The position numbers and the translations under genes were made by a program. Source: Ginkgo biloba (lineage: Eukaryota > Plantae > Ginkgophyta). From it: a stretch of DNA of 18,102 bases. Location: contig JANKJI020000004.1 in assembly GCA_024626585.2 (NCBI GenBank), forward strand, positions 8,456,349 to 8,474,450. The letters are read 5' to 3'. The notes under the pieces were generated by a model. That model saw only the letters and a program-made list of their open reading frames with translations, was not told the DNA's origin and did no database searches. Positions 11,293 to 18,102 of the stretch are shown piece after piece; position 1 is the stretch's first letter, and each line of letters opens with the position of its first letter.

Positions 11293-11828
11293 TGTCAAGC
11301 ATTTCTACCTAACGGTGGTACAGTCATGTCCTATAACTCCACTGGTTGGTAATGTAGATTAGTTCTTTAGTATTCTCATGCATTCACATAAACCATCATA
11401 CACAGATATGAGGGAATACCATTCAACCATTGTATTTGGGAACTATCAAAGTACAAACACATTACAAGATATGAGATAGATTACAACACATGTAGGCAAT
11501 TCATACTCTAGCTTCTCATCATCATCTATATCTATCCTATCAGACATCTATTTATACATGGCATTGACGATTATAATAACCGTCACAGAGATTACAACGT
11601 ACGGATATCGTCAGAGGACTCATATCGGTGGAGGAAGGGTTCGTCGATCATCGATTGATGTCATACTTCTTTGCCATTGTCAACAGGGGAGGTTTCGACG
11701 GTGGCGTCAGTTTCAGTTGAGGCATTTCGACGATGGAGTTCTCTCATCCAACAATTGCTAGTTCTTGTCTTCTTCTAATAATGTTTTCAGTGTTTACGTT
11801 ATGTTGGTCGATAGAATCAATCCTTACA
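11293..11828 (-). mobile_element. 5' LTR (~536 bp) of a gypsy element nested in the hAT-like element
   Basis: Minus strand TGTAAGGATTG...TATAAATAG (11556-11548)...GCTTGACA, followed by the PBS. The 3' end is firm; the 5' end is inferred from TGTAAGGA. No partner LTR is visible. Confidence 0.65.
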
Positions 11829-11829
11829 G

Positions 11830-11886
11830 TAAATTGTTGCAGTGCAACCATCAATTTCCTTCTTTGGTCTTTTCTAATGGTGTCAC
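11830..11886 (-). pseudogene. Possible BED zinc-finger remnant of a hAT transposase N-terminus
   Basis: Minus frame VTPLEKTKEGN*WLHCNNL resembles plant hAT BED starts (YVTxLEKxxxGGNxxWxCNxC) and is cut by the LTR at 11828. Confidence 0.35.
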
Positions 11887-12104
11887 TGTAGTCTGTGAGA
11901 AAGATTGAGTCCCTGCTTCGATTCCCTCCGTCAATTATTTTCTGCCTTTTTTCAAATCATATGCAACTTGCAAAGCCTTCAGGCTTCAATTGGACGACCA
12001 TGTATGTCTGGACTTTGAATCGAACACCTTTGGTGAGGCTCTACGATGTCTGAAACAATAAAACGTAAGACAAAATCTGAGCTTGTAGTTTGTGAGAATG
12101 GCAA

Positions 12105-12480
12105 AATGCCTGAAGGTCTATGATGTCTGAAACGACAAAATGTGAGCAATTCACAAAAATGGGAAAACTTTTGAAGGTCTGCGGCGGGCCTGCAGTTTGT
12201 GGGAACTGCAAAATTTGTGAGTGGCGGGCAAACTTTGTAAGCAAAACGTCTGCAACGGCCCAGCGGGCAAAGTTTGTGAGCAAAACATTTCTCTGCACTT
12301 GGTAAAGCTTGTGGGCAAAATTAATTTGCGTCTGGCAAAGTTGTTTCACCTTGGTGCTTGGTCTGCAACTCTGCACTTGTGAAAATGATGGCCTGCAGCT
12401 CGGTTTTGTGACTCTATGGCACGATTTGTGAGCGTCTGCAACTCTGCGGCAAACTTCGTGAGTGACAGAGTTCATGAGGT
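12105..12480. repeat. GC-richer subterminal repeat region of the DNA transposon
   Basis: GCGGGCAAACTTTGTAAGCAAAAC (~12225) / GCGGGCAAAGTTTGTGAGCAAAAC (~12263); GTCTGCAACTCTGC x2; CTCTGCACTTG x2; multiple TTTGTGAG and CTGCA. Confidence 0.7.
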
Positions 12481-13322
12481 GAGATTCGTGACAATTTTTT
12501 CCCTAAAACATTAGTCATTTGGTGATTTTTTAAGACCATCGCTTAAAAAATTTGGTGCATTTTTTTGAACTATTCACCACACACAAAAAAATTGATAAAA
12601 ATTGAACTTCTAACAAAATAATCAACGAACATGGTGACTAAGGATCCCACCATAGTTCTTATCAACACTTAGGAGGCAAGCACGGACAAGGAGAGACTCT
12701 TCACCTTCAAGATGAAGGTTAAGCATAATATATTATTGGCTNNNNNNNNNNNNNNNNNNNNNNNNNNNNNNNNNNNNNNNNNNNNNNNNNNNNNNNNNNN
12801 NNNNNNNNNNNNNNNNNNNNNNNNNNNNNNNNNNNNNNNNNNNNNNNNNNNNNNNNNNNNNNNNNNNNNNNNNNNNNNNNNNNNNNNNNNNNNNNNNNNN
12901 NNNNNNNNNNNNNNNNNNNNNNNNNNNNNNNNNNNNNNNNNNNNNNNNNNNNNNNNNNNNNNNNNNNNNNNNNNNNNNNNNNNNNNNNNNNNNNNNNNNN
13001 NNNNNNNNNNNNNNNNNNNNNNNNNNNNNNNNNNNNNNNNNNNNNNNNNNNNNNNNNNNNNNNNNNNNNNNNNNNNNNNNNNNNNNNNNNNNNNNNNNNN
13101 NNNNNNNNNNNNNNNNNNNNNNNNNNNNNNNNNNNNNNNNNNNNNNNNNNNNNNNNNNNNNNNNNNNNNNNNNNNNNNNNNNNNNNNNNNNNNNNNNNNN
13201 NNNNNNNNNNNNNNNNNNNNNNNNNNNNNNNNNNNNNNNNNNNNNNNNNNNNNNNNNNNNNNNNNNNNNNNNNNNNNNNNNNNNNNNNNNNNNNNNNNNN
13301 NNNNNNNNNNNNNNNNNNNNNN

Positions 13323-13593
13323 TATTAATACTTCCATAGAAGTTCCTCTTCCATATCCTAAGGACTATTATAGGGACACCTTATCCATGTTCAATTATGA
13401 ATGTTCCTATACATATCCTCGCTCCAAACACAAAATACATTCTAAGGAATCAAAAGATTTTACTTTTCGAATTATTGTTGATCCTTCCATCACTTGAGAT
13501 TGCTATAATACCTTATCCACTTATTTCATAAGTGTATGGGCCTTATTCATATTATAGGAGGCATATAATTATTAATCCCAAAGGATACCTACA
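13323..13593. mobile_element. Terminal part of an LTR inserted into the accessory ORF
   Basis: Non-coding AT-rich stretch ending ...GGATACCTACA, after which the minus-strand ORF remnant begins abruptly. Confidence 0.4.
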
Positions 13594-15750
13594 TTTCTAG
13601 GAAGTTTTATGGCCAAGTAAATGGCCTCAATTACCTTATTCTTTATTTCATATTCTATGAATGATTTCTAGAAAGGATTTGTAGAAGTGTCTGCTTGCAT
13701 CATCAGGAGTTCAAACTCCACCAGATACAACTCGACACCGGAGGCTCTCCCAATAATGTTCGTTATCCAAGCATCGACTTTATCCATCTTGGCCTTAATG
13801 GCCATTTCTCTTAGAACTATAACCATTTGCTCNNNNNNNNNNNNNNNNNGCCTGAGTCACCACTATTTGGTTTCAGGGCTCTTGCATAAAGACACCTAGC
13901 ATAGCTCTGAGCGCATCACATTCTTGTTGGATTGCTTGCAACTGGACCTTGTAATTTCCTATCCTCCCCCTTAGGTGTTGCACTTCTTCCTGTTATTGTT
14001 CTAATTGCACAAGCTACAGGTCAAGAGAAGTTACTACAGATGTCGAAGCAAGGGCCTATGTTTTAAATATATGCCAATAAGGCCTTAGCTCCTTCGTCCC
14101 TTCAATCACCAAAGGTGGTGTTCCTTTAGCTGGGAGTGAGTCTATGGCTTGTATATCGGACTCAAGAAGCTTCATTGATTGTCTTAAATTTGTCATTTGC
14201 TTCTTCTAGACATTGTCCTGTACCACTAGCTCATTTTCCATCTTCGTCACCTATTAAACAAGTTTAGTCACAGATCCTACAATGACCTGACCAGTCGCTC
14301 GAGTTGTGACATATACTTCAACAATCTCCAAAGTGGGTTGAAAACGACCCTTTAACTTCTGTTTTACCTTTCTTAACGATAGAGATTGAGCGGAGGCAAC
14401 CCGAGTGAGATTAATTCTAGCCTTAAGGGCGCCATCTTCAAAACTCGTCAGTCACTAATCCCAAGGGACGTGGATGGCTAACAAAGATTAAGATCTTGAA
14501 GTTTGGCTAGAAAGGGTTGTTGTCATCAGTGCTAGGCTCACATTTGTCACCAATTGAGAACTAGTTGTGGTTGGCATTGTGGTTTGTACCCTTTTAGAGG
14601 TCCTTGGCATCGAACCATGAGTGATCGACAAGGTGGATGAAGTTTGACGATCTTAGGAACCCATGTTGGAAGAGCTTGGTTGTCCTTGGGCTTGCTCTTG
14701 CTATCTCCTATGAGCCTCGATGACAACTATAGACTTCTTTGGGATTCCTCACTTCCTTTCAACAAGCACCAAAGAGCCATGTTTGACTACCACAGAGGTC
14801 ATTAATAGTCGGGTGGACTTCTTCTTCGCCTTTGGATATGCTTCGACAGCCAAAATCTCTATCGCCATAAACTGAATGGGCCAAGGGGGATACGATGGAA
14901 TGGTCGCATTTAGATTGCAGGACTACGCGATTGTCAAATGTTGAAACCAAGCCCATTGCTACTGAGGAGAGAAAAGGGGTTTATCGATGTTAAATTCCCA
15001 AATAGCAATGTGGCTGGCATGTGCTCGCGGATCGCCCTGCAGTACCTACTTCATGCTAAAAACTTCTCTTCAATCTCTCCATCTAGTGGCCAAAAGGTAA
15101 AAAATTGTTGATTCTCTAGGCAACCCTTAATGTAGAAGTTGGCGTCGTACATGGCATCTTCCCACTCAACTTATGGCCATTGATTCTTAACATAATTTGG
15201 GAGAGATGTGGCATTCTCTCGCCCATCATTGAGTGACCGCATCTGAGCGAATAATTGATTGAATGATAATACAGTGGCCATTTCATCTCCATCAATATGT
15301 TGCATGTACCTATCCAACGCAACATAAGCCCTGCATCTAGGTACCACCATTGAATCTACCCAGTCGGGTCTCTCAACCAACTCCATGGCCAATAGCACTC
15401 GAAAGTAGCGGCCAAGTTGTTGTGTCAGTCCAAAATTCATTGAAATGCTCCACATACCATTTGGCCCAATTGAAGCCTTCTTTTAGAGCCACCCAAGAGA
15501 TCAATGTTGCCCATTGGGTTGTGAGATATATAGTGACCTCACCACAAACCAACTTTTTAGCTAGGATTCGGGCAACCCACAACCCAGTAGGATTTGTAAT
15601 GGCCGATATGGCAAACCCATTCAATCAGCTATACACTTTAGATTCTGCCTTTCTAGGGAACAAAACCTCACATATCCTAGCCTTATGGACATTCTTACCT
15701 TCAACCCTCAGGTCCACATTTCTCCCAAAGTTGAGGAGGCCAAGCAGGGT
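13594..15750 (-). pseudogene. Long decayed retroelement accessory ORF (FNWA-type domain + Ser/Thr-rich linker + coiled coil), copy A
   Basis: Minus-strand translation across stops: ...ARILAKKLVCGEVTIYLTTQWATLISWVALKEGFNWAKWYVEHFNEFW...VERPDWVDSMVVPRCRAYVALDRY...TTMPTTTSSQLVT...LRKVKQKLKGRFQPTLEIVE...KMENELVVQDNV*KKQMTNLRQSMKLLESDIQAIDSLP...EQMVIVLREMAIKAKMDKVDAWI. A paralog lies at 17065-17986. Confidence 0.6.
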
Positions 15751-16964
15751 TGTGGTTTACATTATGCTTCAACGGACCATACATTGCAAGCGTGCAATAC
15801 CCCAATGCATTATTCAAGCTGAATTTAATGCTTGCCCACTGTAGTTGGAGACTTTTTTCAGACTCACCTCTTATCTTCGCAGGGTCAAATGCATGGCTGA
15901 TACTACTTTTGGGAGAAACAAGTATCCTTAATTTGCCCTTTGCTTCTCATAACAGTTTGGGACTTCTACTCAGACAACCCATAGACAATGCTAGTATGCT
16001 GAGGTGTCTGGAATGCTACAGGCTTTGGGCATCTATATTGACCATTTGCCCCCTTTTAGGTACTCTTTGTATGTAACCCCACATTGCCTTCCAGACGAAA
16101 AGGAGATGAATGAGATTATTCGAGATGATATTTATCAAAGATACATTTTGATCGCTTGGATATCTCCTTCCTAACCACTCAACACCAAACTTGCTTCTAT
16201 GCACACCATTTTCTTCTTATCTCCTATGNNNNNNNNNNNNNNNNNNNNNNNNNNNNNNNNNNNNNNNNNNNNNNNNNNNNNNNNNNNNNNNNNNNNNNNN
16301 NNNNNNNNNNNNNNNNNNGGTTGAGATAAACCACCATATTCTGAGAGACCAGAGGATCTATCAACTCCTCTCATTAGAGGTGGAGACTGAAGAGCATTTT
16401 ATTTTCAGATGTCCAGTGTATTATGAGATCAAAGGTAGATATTATTGTCTTTTTAGGAGTGTTGGGGGGTCTTTGTCCGCCTTCTTCAGATATGAGGACT
16501 AGTGATGCTTGGCATTATTCGTTAGAGAGCTATTATCTCATCGACAACATCGATTGAGAGAGACAGAGCTTAGACAGACTCATCACTTGTTTCTTTCAAT
16601 CGACTCCAAGACTATATGAACGAAAGCACCCCTTTGGTCATATTGATTCACACAGCACCACTTATAGATCAAGGGGACATAGCCCAACCTCCAGAAGTCC
16701 CAACAGACGGCTTGACTGCCTCTAACCCCCCATTGGACCCATTATCCTATTATTTCAGACTGAGGGCGCATCAGTTTTTTCATCCCCTCTAGTGGAGCAT
16801 CGACCTCGGACACTAGGAGAGACATTTCTTCATCCTCATCAACTACTAGACTGTCCCCAAGGGTTATGCCGTAGCCATCTATCATCCCCATGCTTCCTAG
16901 AGCCATGCAACAACACTCTACCACAACAGTAGCTTCTTCACCAGATGACATGCTTCGAGATGTG
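15750..16964 (+). mobile_element. 5'-truncated, decayed non-LTR retrotransposon (LINE) ORF2 C-terminus with CCHC zinc finger, RTEX-like
   Basis: Plus frame: MLQRTIHCKRAIPQCIIQAEFNACPL*LETFFRL...YAEVSGMLQALGIYIDHLPPFRYSL...[gap]...RDQRIYQLLSLEVETEEHFIFRCPVYYEIKGRYYCLF...FFRYED**CLALFVRE. This is a decayed CxxC-x(7-8)-H-x4-C finger (E-T-E-E-H-F-I-F-R-C-P) typical of LINE ORF2 ends. The 3' end is lost in the gap. Confidence 0.8.
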
Positions 16965-17064
16965 NNNNNNNNNNNNNNNNNNNNNNNNNNNNNNNNNNNN
17001 NNNNNNNNNNNNNNNNNNNNNNNNNNNNNNNNNNNNNNNNNNNNNNNNNNNNNNNNNNNNNNNN

Positions 17065-17986
17065 AGTGGTGTTCCTTTAGTTGGGAGTGAGGATATGGCC
17101 CATATATTAGACTTAGGAAGCTCCACAAAATGCTTTAAATTCGCCATCTAATTCTTATGGACTTTATCCTGAACTACCAGTTCGTCTTCCATCTCGGTGA
17201 CTCGTTGAACAAGTTCAATCGTCGATCCTGCAATAAGTTGACTAGTCGCTTGGGTTGTGATCAATCCTTCAATAATCTCCAAAGTGGGTTGAAAACGCCC
17301 CTTTCACTTTTCTTTCACTTTCCTTAATGACATAGGTTGAGTGGAGGCAACCCTGGTGAGATCAATTCTGTCTTGGAGGGTGTCGGCTTCAAAACTCGTT
17401 NNNNNNNNNNNNNNNNNNNNNNNNNNNNNNNNNNNNNNNNNNNNNNTAGCTAGAGAGGGTGGTTGTCATTAGTGTCGGGCTGACAGTTGTCACCGGCTAA
17501 GAAGTAGTTGTAGTTGGCGTGGTGGTCTATACACCATAAGAGGTCCTTGACACCGAACCCTAAGTGACCGGCAAGGTGGAGGAAGTTTGATGCTCTTGGG
17601 AGTTTGTATTGGAAGAACTCAGTTGCGCTTAAGCTTGCTCCTTCTGTTTCCTACAGGATTTCGTGACAATTGCAGACTTCTTTGTAACTCTTCGCTTCCT
17701 TTTGGGAGGTGCCAAAGAGCCATGTTTGGTCACTTGAGAGGTCATTGACGACTAGATGAACTTCTTCTTTGCCTTTGGATCTACCTCGACAACCAAAATC
17801 TTTATTGTCATAAACTCTATGGGCCAAGGGGGATAAGGTGGAATGGTCATATTTGGATCGTGCGACTGTCAATGTTGAAACCATGCCCATTGCTACTGAG
17901 GAGAGAGAAGAGGTTTATCGATGTTAACCTCTCGGATATCAACATGAGTGGCATATGCCTGCGAATTGGCCTGGAGTAGCTGTTTT
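17065..17986 (-). pseudogene. Paralogous copy B of the accessory ORF (homologous to ~14115-15050)
   Basis: GTGGTGTTCCTTTAG(C/T)TGGGAGTGAG at ~14115 and 17066. ATCTCCAAAGTGGGTTGAAAACG and CCCATTGCTACTGAGGAGAGA occur in both. The track ORFs 14759-14956 and 17651-17890 are similar. Roughly three-quarters identical by eye. Confidence 0.85.
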
Positions 17987-18102
17987 TGTTAGAAATATTT
18001 ATTTATTGTAATGTTTACATGTAATATTTTGTAAATGGGATTACGATTTAATGTCATGATACCTATGTCCTTTAGAAGGGTTAAAGGGTCATTAGGGTGA
18101 GT
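17987..18102. mobile_element. Start of another LTR interrupting copy B
   Basis: Homology to copy A stops at ~17986, and an AT-rich sequence starting TGTTAGAAATA follows. Confidence 0.45.

Larger units (their letters stand above)
9260..12642 (-). mobile_element. hAT-like DNA transposon (non-autonomous or internally deleted) with nested LTR-retrotransposon fragments
   Basis: Left TIR CTTAGTCACTAGGTTCG (9260-9276) vs reverse complement of the right end CTTAGTCACCATGTTCG (12626-12642), 15/17. Flanking 8-bp TSD GCTCCCAC (9252-9259) / GATCCCAC (12643-12650), 7/8. Subterminal repeats are present at both ends. Confidence 0.82.

Noticed and set aside
12041-12475. 144-aa minus-strand ORF
   Set aside because: It overlaps the subterminal repeat region, the peptide repeats mirror the DNA repeats, and no domain was recognised.
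5298-13497. Long ORFs in the track (e.g. 306, 343, 198 and 261 aa)
   Set aside because: They are mostly X residues from read-through of N gaps.
15350-15844. 164-aa plus-strand ORF as a gene
   Set aside because: It is chimeric: antisense of the accessory ORF fused by chance to the first LINE codons at ~15750.

Overview
AT-rich, gap-riddled eukaryotic draft-assembly window. The element types suggest a large plant genome, probably a gymnosperm, but this is inference. It is made almost entirely of decayed, nested transposable elements. I found no intact host gene, RNA gene or CRISPR array, and the long ORFs in the track are N-run read-through or TE remnants. Left to right: (1) the 3' half of a Ty3/gypsy non-chromovirus element (RT end-RNase H-integrase, PPT, 3' LTR carrying 28-bp and 18-bp tandem arrays); (2) after a 100-N gap, a diverged paralogous LTR; (3) unclassified retroelement-like DNA; (4) a 3.4-kb hAT-like DNA transposon (17-bp TIRs, 8-bp TSD) invaded by LTR-retrotransposon pieces, including a minus-strand LTR with a tRNA-Asp PBS; (5) a long decayed minus-strand retroelement accessory ORF abutted by a 5'-truncated LINE with a CCHC finger; (6) after a second 100-N gap, a paralogous copy of that ORF and the start of another LTR. 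I see no convincing new biological system. The best leads are the atypical-ended hAT element, a PIP-box-like motif in the LINE tail, unrecognised retroelement ORFs and the higher-order 18-bp array.
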